From Sporopachydermia quercuum (taxonomy: Eukaryota), in NCBI GenBank assembly GCA_001599295.1, contig BCGN01000008.1, positions 868,001 through 932,000 on the forward strand: a stretch of 64,000 nucleotides of DNA, written 5' to 3'. Numbering within the stretch: position 1 is the first letter of the stretch; every line of letters begins with the position of its first letter. This document shows, piece after piece, positions 23,309 to 34,381 of the stretch. Position numbers and translations under genes: made by a program. The notes under the pieces were generated by a model. That model had not been told where the DNA came from. It made no database searches and saw only the letters and a program-made list of their open reading frames with translations.

Positions 23309-26300
23309 ATGCATGGCCTACGATCATCAAGCCGGCAGAGGAATCACTCCGGAACAAAATGTATGGCAAAATTAGGATTTCTATCGTGCGTATCGATGCT
23401 CCTTTCACAAGCTGCCGGCCAGCTAAACTCTTCCAACCTCGTTTCAATAAAGGAGATCAGCCAACCACAACTGAACTTTGATGTACTACAATCAGTGACA
23501 TTTCTCGGTGATTTTGACTCTGGTGAGCTACTGTCGTACCAAGGACAAAACAATTTCACATTTGCTGCATCAACCCCAGATTTCGACGCCTTGTCGGATG
23601 ATCAATCAGCGCTTCCGCTTCTGTACGCAGATCTTGGCTCGAACAACCCGTTTCTATCGTACTTGAGTTCCGTATCAGTGGTGAACGGTTCTATAGACAC
23701 CATGTGCTCATTTACATCCGAAAACTCTTCGTCCGACCTGCTATATCTCGGAGGCCAATTTGCCTTACAATCAGAGTCTGTTCATGCCGAGAACTTTACA
23801 GCTCTTAATACTAGCTCAGGCGAAATAATAGAACTGTTCGACCAGACATCGGATAACCTCACAATAGATGGAACAGTGAGCGTCTTATATTGTAATCCTT
23901 ATGATAATAACGTGTATCTAGGGGGAAACTTTAATTTCAACAATACCGTTGGTGCCGCCATATTCAATACAACGTCCCACAGATTACAAGCACTACCATT
24001 CCAAGGTTTCGGCTCTGGAGCAGAAGTAAACACCATCACAGCATATAAACCCTACCCAGGAAACAATCAGAATGTCATTTTTGGTGGAAAATTCAATAGT
24101 CTAGGTAACGATACTCTGCTAGAACTAGTGTCCTACGCCAATAGTACTAGTAATGGCAGCACGAGCAGCATCAACAGCAAGGAAAACCTAACACTGGCTG
24201 ATTTCGAACCAATAGTGAACTTCAATCTGGCTAACATCTGGGCAGAAGGTACTACATCACAAATTAATGGACTTTCAGAACCGAGAAATATAATTTGTCC
24301 GTCAGAAAGCACGCCCGCTGACAGTACATGGCTTCTGGAACCAGGCCGCGGAGGTACGTGGTCTTCTAGTTTACCATATGTTGTGAATCCACGTACCCTT
24401 AGACTGTATAACGTGGATAACGACGCTATTTCTCAGCTAACAGGAGGGGAAACATACGGAACTAAAACCTTCCGCGTGATTTCATTCCCAGAGAATGGTA
24501 TAATGAATCTCACATATATTGATCCTCAAACAGGAGAAACAGAGCATTGTGATGCTTGGTGTCCTTTGTACCAACGAAGTGAGCTAGCCACAGCTGCATC
24601 AGAAACAACGGATGATGAAATGATTGAACAAGGATGGTCAGCTGAGTATCAGGAATTCAAATATGTTAACGATATACCCGTGACAGGTATTCAAATTCTG
24701 ATATTAGATTACTATGGGCAAGGTGCTGGTCTTTCAGGATTGAGCCTTACAAAGCAGGATTCCAGCACATTTGCCAATCAATCTCTCAACGAACCATCTA
24801 CGTGTAGAGCAGGAAATGCAGATAACTCCGAAGGTGAAGCAGCTTATGCCATAGCGGCGGATACTGTGTCTTGGAGTACTGGAGACCTCATCACAGGCCA
24901 AACAGCTTCCTATATATCTGCTGAAGTCCCCATGAGCAATGGATCACCTACTGAACAAGCTTGGGTCGAATTTTACCCTGAAATATCAGTGGCAGGCAAT
25001 TACACGATTCAGCTTTGGACACCCGGTTGTATAGACGATAACTCCTGTGCCGATAGAGGTATTTCCAACGTGACATTCGTCACAGGAGATCCTCAATATG
25101 ACAGAAGCATGTATATATATCAGACCAACAATTATGACAAATACGACATTGTTTATGACGGCTATATTCCTTATGACAACAGTACAAATGGCACAGTACC
25201 TTATGTTCGAGTAGCGCTTATCTCCAGCTTGGACTCAACTACAGAAAGCGTGACGTTTGTGGCCGACAGAATTGTGACAATCTTACAAGCTATCGATGTG
25301 AATCTCAAACGAACAGATGTGATCAATATTAATGGTATATTTGAATACTCACCAGCAAATTTCACTTCTAATGTTGATTTCCCAGTGGGTAACTCCAGCG
25401 TTAATCAGCTTGGGAATTTTTTAGAAGGNCCTGGTGACTCTACTGATGCTATAATCAACGCTATAGTAGTAGATTCTAGTGAAGAGCAAAATCAAACTGT
25501 TCTTATTGCAGGAGAATTTTCGACAGGTGAATACGGTGATAATATCATTACGTTGAAGCAATCTAACAGCAGCAGCAGCAATAGCAGTATTGATGCATTT
25601 GCAATCGAACCTTTGAGTTCCTATGGGCTCAATGGTTCAGTTGCTGGGATTGTTTCTCTGTCAGACAGCGACAGTGGCGGTCAGTATGCTCTATGGGGTG
25701 AATTCACAGGTCAGACAACTAATAGGTCCTCTCGAACAGTTGCAGGACTAAACTATGTTGCACTTTATGATATCAACAACAACACACTCAGCAGTCTAAA
25801 CGGTGGCATCAACACTGCTCCAACATTAGCTGCACTNATTGATCTTGGTTCTAGAAGCCCATTGTTGATGTTCACTAATCAACACAATGCTTTGTATGCA
25901 TCAGGATACAAACAAAGCCATTTCAACACTTTAGTCTACAATACAACAAGTAGGGAATTTGAGGACTACACGGTGATCAATGCTTCTATTAAAGCTATTG
26001 CCAATGTAGTTCCAGGATCAGGTATATCATTAATCAGTGGAACACTACGATACGCTAATCAATCAAAGGTATCAGGTGCTCTTCTTTCTTCAGGCAATGG
26101 GCTTTTGGAACCAGTGACCACACAAATCACGTTCAATGACCCAGAGAACTCAACCAACATTCTAACTACTGGTTTGTATGTCAATAAATCGTTTTCAGTA
26201 ATTGCCGGGCAGTTTCAAGGGCAAATCGAAGGTGTCAATGGAAGCTCAGCAGCTATAGAGAATATTTATTTTATGAAAGAAGGACAACCAAGAGCCGTTG

Positions 26301-27505
26301 AAGGTATTTCCTGGGAAGACACAGCAGAAGTAGGATCGTTGCTAAATTTCAAAAACTGGTTATTTGTTGGAGGATCTTACGAAGCAGAAATCACAGACGA
26401 CGCAAACAATACTGTTTCTTGTCTTTCATTCTACGATTTAGCTGCAGATAAGTTTTCCAGCTCCCAACCTTCGCCTATCAGTGGATCATCAGCTCTTCAT
26501 GATAATGACACGTCAGTCAGAGCTATGGCAGTCCGACCAAGCTCTAATGATCTTGTTGTAGCTGGATCATTTAATAGAGTTGGTAGTTTATATTGTCCAT
26601 CGTTCTGCTTATACAATTTAGAAAACATGCGATGGACTCAACCAGAAAACACGGCGTCGTCAATTTCGGGCACTGTGAACAAGATTGGTTTTCTTAACGA
26701 AGCAGAATTAATTCTAGCTGGTGATCTAGTGATCAATGACACAGCAGCAGCTTTTGTATCATACAATTTTGACACGTTCGACTTCAAAACGCTCCCCGAA
26801 TGGTCTGACAGTAGTTCAGAAGGTGAAGTACTGGACTTCGTGATTACAGAACAAGGCTCAAATTCATATATATTTGCCTCAGGTATAACAACGGAGGAAA
26901 GTGAATCACGATTAGCAGAAAGGCAGGAAAATAGCAACGGTACCAACATCTTTCTCACGTTGTACAATCAAACACAATGGGATTCGCTACTGAATGGATT
27001 AAGTCCAAAATCAAATATTGAATCAATTCAATTGCTGCCGTTACAGGACAAAACCAATGCTCCAGTTCCATTTGATGAATATATTTTATTAGCATCAGGC
27101 TCATTGATATTCGAAGATTTATCGGTAGTGTGTTCATCAGCTTTCTACGATGGTACAAAATGGACACCATATGTCGCTACCAGCAGATTTACGTCTGATG
27201 GAGCTAGACCTGGTACTATATTCTATGTCTCAACGCAGGATTCAGAGTCAATTACTCCAGTTGTCTCCCATCGGAAATCTGTTATGAAAACCGGATTTGT
27301 TGTGCTGGTATCTCTGGCTATTGCAATTTTGATCATGTTAATATTAATTGGTTTGTTCTTACTTATTAGTTGGTGGAGACGAAGAAGCTCGGGATACCGG
27401 CCAATGCCAAGCCGTATATCTGAACAAGAGATGGCGGAGACTATTCCTCCTGCGAATTTATTAGAAGAGATTGAAATTATGAGAGCAAGAAAAGAGAGGT
27501 CATGA
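23309..27505 (+). CDS. RAX2: Rax2 cell-polarity/bud-site selection type I membrane protein
   Basis: Signal peptide (the real start may be ATG 23363), large N-glycosylation-rich ectodomain with CDAWCPL, TPGCxxDxSCxxRG and YQTNNxxKYD, a C-terminal TM helix and a short tail (RISEQEMAETIPPANL). Confidence 0.9.
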   Translation: MHGLRSSSRQRNHSGTKCMAKLGFLSCVSMLLSQAAGQLNSSNLVSIKEISQPQLNFDVLQSVTFLGDFDSGELLSYQGQNNFTFAASTPDFDALSDDQSALPLLYADLGSNNPFLSYLSSVSVVNGSIDTMCSFTSENSSSDLLYLGGQFALQSESVHAENFTALNTSSGEIIELFDQTSDNLTIDGTVSVLYCNPYDNNVYLGGNFNFNNTVGAAIFNTTSHRLQALPFQGFGSGAEVNTITAYKPYPGNNQNVIFGGKFNSLGNDTLLELVSYANSTSNGSTSSINSKENLTLADFEPIVNFNLANIWAEGTTSQINGLSEPRNIICPSESTPADSTWLLEPGRGGTWSSSLPYVVNPRTLRLYNVDNDAISQLTGGETYGTKTFRVISFPENGIMNLTYIDPQTGETEHCDAWCPLYQRSELATAASETTDDEMIEQGWSAEYQEFKYVNDIPVTGIQILILDYYGQGAGLSGLSLTKQDSSTFANQSLNEPSTCRAGNADNSEGEAAYAIAADTVSWSTGDLITGQTASYISAEVPMSNGSPTEQAWVEFYPEISVAGNYTIQLWTPGCIDDNSCADRGISNVTFVTGDPQYDRSMYIYQTNNYDKYDIVYDGYIPYDNSTNGTVPYVRVALISSLDSTTESVTFVADRIVTILQAIDVNLKRTDVININGIFEYSPANFTSNVDFPVGNSSVNQLGNFLEXPGDSTDAIINAIVVDSSEEQNQTVLIAGEFSTGEYGDNIITLKQSNSSSSNSSIDAFAIEPLSSYGLNGSVAGIVSLSDSDSGGQYALWGEFTGQTTNRSSRTVAGLNYVALYDINNNTLSSLNGGINTAPTLAAXIDLGSRSPLLMFTNQHNALYASGYKQSHFNTLVYNTTSREFEDYTVINASIKAIANVVPGSGISLISGTLRYANQSKVSGALLSSGNGLLEPVTTQITFNDPENSTNILTTGLYVNKSFSVIAGQFQGQIEGVNGSSAAIENIYFMKEGQPRAVEGISWEDTAEVGSLLNFKNWLFVGGSYEAEITDDANNTVSCLSFYDLAADKFSSSQPSPISGSSALHDNDTSVRAMAVRPSSNDLVVAGSFNRVGSLYCPSFCLYNLENMRWTQPENTASSISGTVNKIGFLNEAELILAGDLVINDTAAAFVSYNFDTFDFKTLPEWSDSSSEGEVLDFVITEQGSNSYIFASGITTEESESRLAERQENSNGTNIFLTLYNQTQWDSLLNGLSPKSNIESIQLLPLQDKTNAPVPFDEYILLASGSLIFEDLSVVCSSAFYDGTKWTPYVATSRFTSDGARPGTIFYVSTQDSESITPVVSHRKSVMKTGFVVLVSLAIAILIMLILIGLFLLISWWRRRSSGYRPMPSRISEQEMAETIPPANLLEEIEIMRARKERS

Positions 27506-28108
27506 ATGCATTGTTGATAGAAGTAGGAGAAACAATACAGATATTAATGATGAATAGGAAAGAGAATAATGGGAGAGATATGAGAGAAAGATGCAAGGAA
27601 AGAAAGAGAACTATTGTATTATAGAAGCAGGTAAATAATACTAGCATTTACATAAATAAAACTAATATAATAATAATGATAACGTATATTGATAGCATGT
27701 ACAGGATATGATGATATGAAATGATATCTAAGCTGTATTTTCACCCGATCCAGGTCTAATTTTAGTTGCCTTAGTCTGATCTATCAAATAATAATATATC
27801 TTAATCCCCTAAGCCTAGTAGGGAGAACAACGATGATTATATGAGAAAGACTAGCTACTTATGTAAACGGTCTTTACTATTTTCTTAAAGAATATGAATA
27901 CAGAATATCCATATATTCAGCTGAGTGTTAAGATTTAATACACCACTAATCTACAGCACCAAATTACTGCTACTCCTTAAAACAGTCCATTCTATTCTAT
28001 TCTATTATCATTTCTCCTAATAACTAACCATAATATCCACTACCAACTGCTAGCAACTACTAACCTAACAACTAATCACTTATCACCAGCATCCTTTGTT
28101 CGCTAATA

Positions 28109-29911
28109 TCAAGAAATCTCCATTCTAGCAACATCAGATTTAACAATCTTCATTGGTTGCAGTTCCCTCACTCGAACACCAAATCGCTTATCGCGTCCAA
28201 TGGCAATTATCTGCTCAATCAATGCTAATTCATAACTTACTCTTCCCTTCTTCTCAACTTCAAGCTTAGCAAATGATTCAAAACTAAATTCAGAATACAC
28301 CCATGACGGTTTGCTGACATTCTCTCCACCAGTGAGTCTCAAAGCTTCTGATTCTAATAACAGCACAGTAGTGGTCTCGCCAGCGGTTGCAATTGGTTCT
28401 GCTTGTTTGAAAGCTGATTCCAGCGACTTTTCACTGATTCCTAACGATGGGAATATAAGACTGTCATCCGTAATACTTCCTGACGTTATAGACTTCTTAG
28501 ATTCACTTTGCCTGAATAGCTCTTTCATTGGAACATAAAGGGCCACTTTTATAGGTTTGGAAGCGACCAAGAAATGATTCACCAGTTCTGACATCCCCAA
28601 CCTTGAAGTAGTTATATCCTTCCTGATCTTAGGAATATCAGCAAGTAGCATATCGTCAGCTGAGCCAGGGAAGAAATCAGAAAGGTAGGATAACTTGAAA
28701 GTATAAACAGACCGCTCTGAGTTGATTTTACCTAAAACTGCCTTAGAAGTTCTCAGCTTCAATTGATAATGTTGAGAGAAATCTCTAATAAAGACTGAAG
28801 GTTTATGATTAGCAATCAGATTCTTTGCATTCTCTTTAGCTCCAGTGTAATGATCAACATCTCGAACAGAGACAAAACCAGGATTTTCTGCAAGTAAAGC
28901 TGCTATTCCAGCAAATTGTAAATCAACAACATATGCTTCGCCTGGTAAAACAATAAAGTCTTCTGCTTCGTTAACGTCAGAAGTAATATTGCCATCTTCT
29001 TTCTTCAATAGAGCTCCCGTTTCCTCATTGACAGAAACAGAAAGTCTCTCTAAAAACCAAGTTTCTTGATCTCTTTCGGACCATTTCACGCCTTTATATT
29101 CTTTTTCCTCGATTATGTTTTCTGCTTGACCAGCCAGGAAACGTCTTATTCTTCGAACTTTAGACTCAGGAACAACGACACAGTTGAATGATTCAGCTAC
29201 TTTGTTAACAAGACTTTTGATTAAAGAGCCAGTGACCTTTTCTGGCACGGCAACTCCATACTGCTCTATATTGATTTTCCGTAGTAACTGTTTAAACAGG
29301 GCTGGATTGGTGGATAATGTAATTAATGATACAACTAGTTCAGTAGCGATATGAGAAGCACAGATAGCGTCAGCCTTTGGACCTAAAAGAGGACCAGGAG
29401 GAACCAATTTTCCAGATTCGTTTGCTACTAAATCAGGATAAATCACCATTGTATGAGTGACTTGAGCTGTGTAACCATCGATATGAGCTCCAAGATTGAG
29501 TTTTACAATGTCTCCTTGTTTAAGGAATTTACGGGAAGCTTCATCGATTTCTGGAGCATAGTTTTCAACAAAATAGTCAACAGAAATTGAAGTTGGCTCA
29601 GAAATCCCCTTTTCATATTTCACGTTGTTGAATTCCTCATTGTCGTTTGCGGATCCTGCCTTCTTCTTCCTCTTGTATACGTTATCAATAGCTCTGGTGA
29701 TGTACGCATCAGTCAGAAAGCATAGCTCTGAGATGCTCAGCACAGATTCCTGGGGAACCGATTTATAATGATAGCTTTGATTAATCAGATCAATTAAATA
29801 TGCCAAAGCAGTCTGAGATATTTGGCCTGCTAATCTGTATTTATCTACAGTGCTTTGAACCAATTGGTTTCTCTCATCTAGTAGATACCCTTGATGAACT
29901 GTGAGATCCAT
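28109..29911 (-). CDS. ARX1: Arx1 pre-60S export factor (MetAP-like fold)
   Basis: Motifs KYRLAGQISQTAL, GDIVKLNLGAHIDGYT, GPLLGPKADA and VRRIRRFLAGQAE. Confidence 0.93.
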   Translation of the reverse strand: MDLTVHQGYLLDERNQLVQSTVDKYRLAGQISQTALAYLIDLINQSYHYKSVPQESVLSISELCFLTDAYITRAIDNVYKRKKKAGSANDNEEFNNVKYEKGISEPTSISVDYFVENYAPEIDEASRKFLKQGDIVKLNLGAHIDGYTAQVTHTMVIYPDLVANESGKLVPPGPLLGPKADAICASHIATELVVSLITLSTNPALFKQLLRKINIEQYGVAVPEKVTGSLIKSLVNKVAESFNCVVVPESKVRRIRRFLAGQAENIIEEKEYKGVKWSERDQETWFLERLSVSVNEETGALLKKEDGNITSDVNEAEDFIVLPGEAYVVDLQFAGIAALLAENPGFVSVRDVDHYTGAKENAKNLIANHKPSVFIRDFSQHYQLKLRTSKAVLGKINSERSVYTFKLSYLSDFFPGSADDMLLADIPKIRKDITTSRLGMSELVNHFLVASKPIKVALYVPMKELFRQSESKKSITSGSITDDSLIFPSLGISEKSLESAFKQAEPIATAGETTTVLLLESEALRLTGGENVSKPSWVYSEFSFESFAKLEVEKKGRVSYELALIEQIIAIGRDKRFGVRVRELQPMKIVKSDVARMEIS

Positions 29912-30095
29912 TATGAGAGAGTGTGTGTGAGTGAGAGCGTTGATTGAACGTCTTCAGGGTATTCTGTAAAGTAAAAATTGAAGCTGTGGATGGTGAAGGT
30001 GGCTTATGAATGAAATGCAAGATTTTCAATAGCTCATAGATGATAATAGGTATATTGATAATTGTTATTTCATAGTTGATAATTGTATGTGAGGG

Positions 30096-30105
30096 TGAAA
30101 AATTT
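30096..30105. promoter_or_regulatory. RRPE element upstream of ARX1
   Basis: TGAAAAATTT about 185 bp upstream of a ribosome-biogenesis gene. Confidence 0.55.
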
Positions 30106-30469
30106 CTGCTAGGAAATAATAAAAAAATTTTTACTATGGAGAAGTAAGATTAGAGGTTTGCAAGGTTTATGCAAGAATCTTGCGGACTGCCCATGGATAA
30201 ATATCGGAGAGGATGTAACAGGAATCGGAAATAATTGTACCTAAGAGTGGAGGTTGGTNCATAGAGAATAGGTAAATATTCAGAAAGTGAGAATTATGAA
30301 CAATAAGTATGATAATGAACAATAGGACAATGGCTTATGTGTAAGAACTTTAAATTGAAATTATTGACTTTCACTATTCAGACATATTACAGTACATCTT
30401 ATATTCATTCTGCTCTAAAATGAAAGCCCAGTTATTCAGTAATTGTTCTCTTTTGTTGATAAGGTAAAA

Positions 30470-30485
30470 TTACCTATTTAGGAAA
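30470..30485. promoter_or_regulatory. Mcm1 (CArG/ECB-type) site with nearby forkhead-like sites
   Basis: TTACCTATTTAGGAAA matches the 16-bp Mcm1 consensus. ATAAACAA (about 30538) and GTGTTTAC (about 30597) are forkhead-like. Confidence 0.6.
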
Positions 30486-30762
30486 TCATATATCAGATGA
30501 CTGAACTATATCTAATCGGGAAATTTATTTGTTAGTGATAAACAAAAGGGATTTGTGGAATTTCGCACTTTTGTTTTTCCATCTATAACAACAACGGTGT
30601 TTACTGACGAAAATTGAATACAAATATCCCTAAAAAGATCTGTTCGTCATGGGGTTTCAGACTGTTTTATTGCGTATTTGAACCGCTCTATCTCAGTAGA
30701 ATCGCGACTAAAGCGAAGGGATCAAAAGAAAAAATTAGATATCCAACAGGCTATTCTTCACA

Positions 30763-32838
30763 ATGACATTACACTCTCTACCAACTTCCATGCAGGAGAA
30801 ACGAACTATAGGTAGACCGATTTCTGGTCAGAAGAGAAGCTCGTTTACCAGAGATGATGAGAATGAGAACAATGTAGAGTATAGTTCCGATAGGAATCAT
30901 AGCATCGACTCAAATGGGCTCAACAAAGATACGGAAAGGACCAGTATCAATCATGAAAGTAAAAGAATGTTTAAGGTGAAGGAGATACCAAAGTTTGGCC
31001 TTGGTATTGGTAAAAGCAAAGCTATGAAAAGCGATCGTGATTCTGAAGGAGTATCAAAAGTTGGGATAACTATTGAATCGTTGAATGAGAATTTGTTGAT
31101 TGATAGCGAGATGGATTTTATGAAGGAAGAAGAAGCCGATGATAGTGATGTGGTAAGAGGATCCAGGACCGGCAATATTATAACTGACTGTAATAACAAT
31201 TCAGAGGAATCAGAGTTTTACAGAGCTGGTAAGATTTTAGAAACTGTTGAAGAGTTCAAGTTCGGGATTCTGGAGGAAGAAGTAGAAAGGGAACTAGAAG
31301 AATACCAAAGAAAATATCAGGATGAATACCTGAAGGAATACCCAAACCAGGAGGAAAAAAAGATGCCGAGCTTGAAAAAAGAACAATTGAATACAGAAGG
31401 ATCCTTGAGCAAGACAGAGAATTCCCAGGACCATGTTAATTTTGATCGTAGTATATCTCAGGTTAAAGATTCATCTGTTGAGTTTATAGGGCAAAGTGCT
31501 CTGAATGTTTTGACAGATAAAGTCAATATGCCACAACAACAGAAGGCGAGTTATGGTAAAGAAATAGTGTTTGGCTTGAGTATACCAGAAGGTATTGTTA
31601 TTAATGATGGCGATGAAGGTGAACAGCAGGAGCATAGCATTGGGAAAGAAGATTATTATGTTCAAGAAGAAGATGAAGAAGATGAGGATTTCAGTGATTA
31701 CGATTATAGTGATTCGCAAGATAAACAAAGCGAAGTCTATGAGTGCCATTCTGGTAATGAGTTTGAAGAAACAGACAAGATAGATCAAGAAAATCTTTAT
31801 GGGTTTTCTAAACATTTGGAGAAATCGGAAGAGAATCGAATGGGTGATCTATCTTTATTTGATTTATTACATGATGCGTCTAGCGATAACCACACCAAAA
31901 TCCACAACAAAAGTACTCGTACTACAAAGATCACAACTCATTCTACTTCTAGAAATGCTATGAATACATCTCTTGATACCCCAGGTGATACCCCAGGTGA
32001 TACCCCAGGTGATACCCCAGGTGATACTCCAGGTGATACTCCAGTTGATACCCCAGTTGATGCTCCTGCTATCCTAGCTAATACCCCTTTCAATTTTATA
32101 GATCCAAATCTAGATTTCTCTTCACTTGGCAAGAAAGCTCAATTAAACATATTATCAACACGTTCTACAATTTCTGAGCTTACGAGTCAACTAGGTAAAC
32201 TATCAATTGCCTTTAATGACGATTTCTTACCGATTAATACCATCAATTATAGAAAGGCATTGGGCATTATTCGCTCTGAATACGAAGGGTCCGGGGATGT
32301 ATCAACAGATGTTTCGTTCCAAGAGAAAGACAATACAAAAATAGTAGAAGAACAGAGCGTAGTACTGGATGAAGAGGAAGAAAAAGAAATTGCAATATCT
32401 GAAGTACCCAATGATGCGTATGAAGCTAAGCAAACAAATAGTAAACCCTTGCTAAAAGATATAGATCCTAAAACTCCTTTTGAGAGTGATATCTTGTTCA
32501 ATCACGAACCAGAAGCTATACAAACCGATTATATGGATATACCCAATAGGTACAACATCAAATCNCTACTCAATGATGACTTGCCTTATAATATTAAGGC
32601 ATCACCATTTTTTGATGAAAACGAAGATTACCAAGACAGAATTGCCCTATTTACAATATTACAGGATGCTATCGGTTCTGAATCGATTACTGAATCATCT
32701 GGTGAAAATGAATCAAATGACGTCAATCCTGAAGTGGATTCTGAATATGAAGTTTCTCCTATCCGTCAGTTTTTCAATGACCAAAAGTATAAGATGTCAC
32801 AATTTGTCTATAGAAAGAAAAAACATCCTACTTGTTGA
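30763..32838 (+). CDS. Acidic, probably disordered 691-aa protein of unknown function (securin/Pds1 candidate)
   Basis: Long uninterrupted Glu/Asp-rich ORF with no recognisable folded domain. See the findings for the motif and synteny argument. Confidence 0.8.
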   Translation: MTLHSLPTSMQEKRTIGRPISGQKRSSFTRDDENENNVEYSSDRNHSIDSNGLNKDTERTSINHESKRMFKVKEIPKFGLGIGKSKAMKSDRDSEGVSKVGITIESLNENLLIDSEMDFMKEEEADDSDVVRGSRTGNIITDCNNNSEESEFYRAGKILETVEEFKFGILEEEVERELEEYQRKYQDEYLKEYPNQEEKKMPSLKKEQLNTEGSLSKTENSQDHVNFDRSISQVKDSSVEFIGQSALNVLTDKVNMPQQQKASYGKEIVFGLSIPEGIVINDGDEGEQQEHSIGKEDYYVQEEDEEDEDFSDYDYSDSQDKQSEVYECHSGNEFEETDKIDQENLYGFSKHLEKSEENRMGDLSLFDLLHDASSDNHTKIHNKSTRTTKITTHSTSRNAMNTSLDTPGDTPGDTPGDTPGDTPGDTPVDTPVDAPAILANTPFNFIDPNLDFSSLGKKAQLNILSTRSTISELTSQLGKLSIAFNDDFLPINTINYRKALGIIRSEYEGSGDVSTDVSFQEKDNTKIVEEQSVVLDEEEEKEIAISEVPNDAYEAKQTNSKPLLKDIDPKTPFESDILFNHEPEAIQTDYMDIPNRYNIKXLLNDDLPYNIKASPFFDENEDYQDRIALFTILQDAIGSESITESSGENESNDVNPEVDSEYEVSPIRQFFNDQKYKMSQFVYRKKKHPTC
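31975..32058 (+). repeat. 12-bp coding minisatellite, 7 units (DTPG x5, DTPV x2)
   Basis: GATACCCCAGGT x4, then GATACTCCAGGT, GATACTCCAGTT and GATACCCCAGTT. Confidence 0.95.
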
Positions 32839-33151
32839 TCTACAACTGCTATTTGAGATTCTACTAAAAGTAGAAAACAGCAACAGAGTTAATACCACTA
32901 ATAATGACATCGTCAGTGAACTTTATCGCCAGGACAATTTTATTACAAATACTGAAATTGTCATCACTTTCTACAGCATTCATTGATAATTGAAGCTATT
33001 AGGTATGCAAAATTAACCATATTACCATTGAAACCCTGAAGCTTATGCTGAACCCCAAAAAATTCATTCTTCTCACTCTATTTTATGTTACTAATAATAC
33101 ATTAAACAGTTAACTAGAATTATCTCATTTCCTTTCTTTCCGACCCTTAAT

Positions 33152-34381
33152 TTAACTTGCTAGATTATAATGCTGTGCCAGAAACCTGTTGCGATTTGTC
33201 GTAGGACCAAGGTTAGTGATCTGTCGTATGTTTGTTGCTTTATATCCATTAGATAAACAGTACAAACTACAACCAACGAAGGGCCCCAGATTTTCTAAAG
33301 CAGCAAACTGGAAATTGTAACATTTATACTTATCCACAGTTCTTGATTCATATAACTTTCTAAGCACTCTTAGTTTTAGTCCTGGTATATTATTTAATCC
33401 ACCCGTGAAAATAAATTGCATCGATAGAACCCTTCTCAGATCAATATCAAGTCGAACTAGCACTTTCAATATCATTTCGCATACCGTATCATCATTGTCT
33501 GAAAAGATTATTGATTCCATTGGATCATCGCCTTCATTGAAAAATGATACTAATGCTGGTTTGTATCTAAGATGATTTGGTACTGATAGGTTATACTGTT
33601 TATAATGAAACTGATAGGTTCCATCAGCTAACTCATCACTTGAATCAGTAGGAATGTAAACAGCTTGAGCAATAAACTCTTGAACTAAATCAAAGAGGTC
33701 TTCTTTATCAACGTTTCGTAAATATGGTAGTAGATACTTTAACATAGTATAGTGAAGATGGAACCCAGAACGAACGGTTGTTGCTACTTCCTGTTGAACT
33801 ATTCTCAGGTCAAAAACAGGGAACACTCTTAACTCATCCCAACCAAGATCAATCACCAATCCATTCATTACACCAGCAGAAATACAAGCACATAAAGGTG
33901 AAGAAACAAATGTTACACTGGGAGCATGTAAATGGAAAAACAGCACTTTCATGACAACCGTCTTCAACTCACTAGACATCAAAGGTGTCTCTAGCACAAC
34001 AACACAATGATCTTGAGGACTTATCAAGAGTTCTCTATGATAAATATGTCTAATGCAACGTTCTAATTGACTTTCTAAAGTATCTTTGTCTTCAGATAAT
34101 AGATTTCCTATTGCTCTATCAAACGCTACCATTTTCTCGAATTGTTGGAACTGCCAACTAAATTCTTCATCATCAACAAGAAGCATTGAACTGTCAGCTA
34201 TAATTGTCTTTAAAAGATCATTTTCATTTTCAGGAGTTGTGAAAGGTAAAAAAGCTCTTGTTTTCCTTGTTAGTTTATTATTTGTTCTTATTTTACATAC
34301 TGGAGATATACTGGGGGATGCGAACCCTGCTTGTACNATTCTGGACCCAATCTCCAGTATTACTACAGCTTTATCATCCAT
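33152..34381 (-). CDS. ARP10: Divergent actin-related protein, Arp10/Arp11 (dynactin) type
   Basis: Actin-fold motifs VILEIGSRxVQAGFA, VVVLETPLM, GLVIDLGW, VFPVFDLR, LDIDLRRVL and FTGGLNNIPGL. Confidence 0.72.
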   Translation of the reverse strand: MDDKAVVILEIGSRXVQAGFASPSISPVCKIRTNNKLTRKTRAFLPFTTPENENDLLKTIIADSSMLLVDDEEFSWQFQQFEKMVAFDRAIGNLLSEDKDTLESQLERCIRHIYHRELLISPQDHCVVVLETPLMSSELKTVVMKVLFFHLHAPSVTFVSSPLCACISAGVMNGLVIDLGWDELRVFPVFDLRIVQQEVATTVRSGFHLHYTMLKYLLPYLRNVDKEDLFDLVQEFIAQAVYIPTDSSDELADGTYQFHYKQYNLSVPNHLRYKPALVSFFNEGDDPMESIIFSDNDDTVCEMILKVLVRLDIDLRRVLSMQFIFTGGLNNIPGLKLRVLRKLYESRTVDKYKCYNFQFAALENLGPFVGCSLYCLSNGYKATNIRQITNLGPTTNRNRFLAQHYNLAS

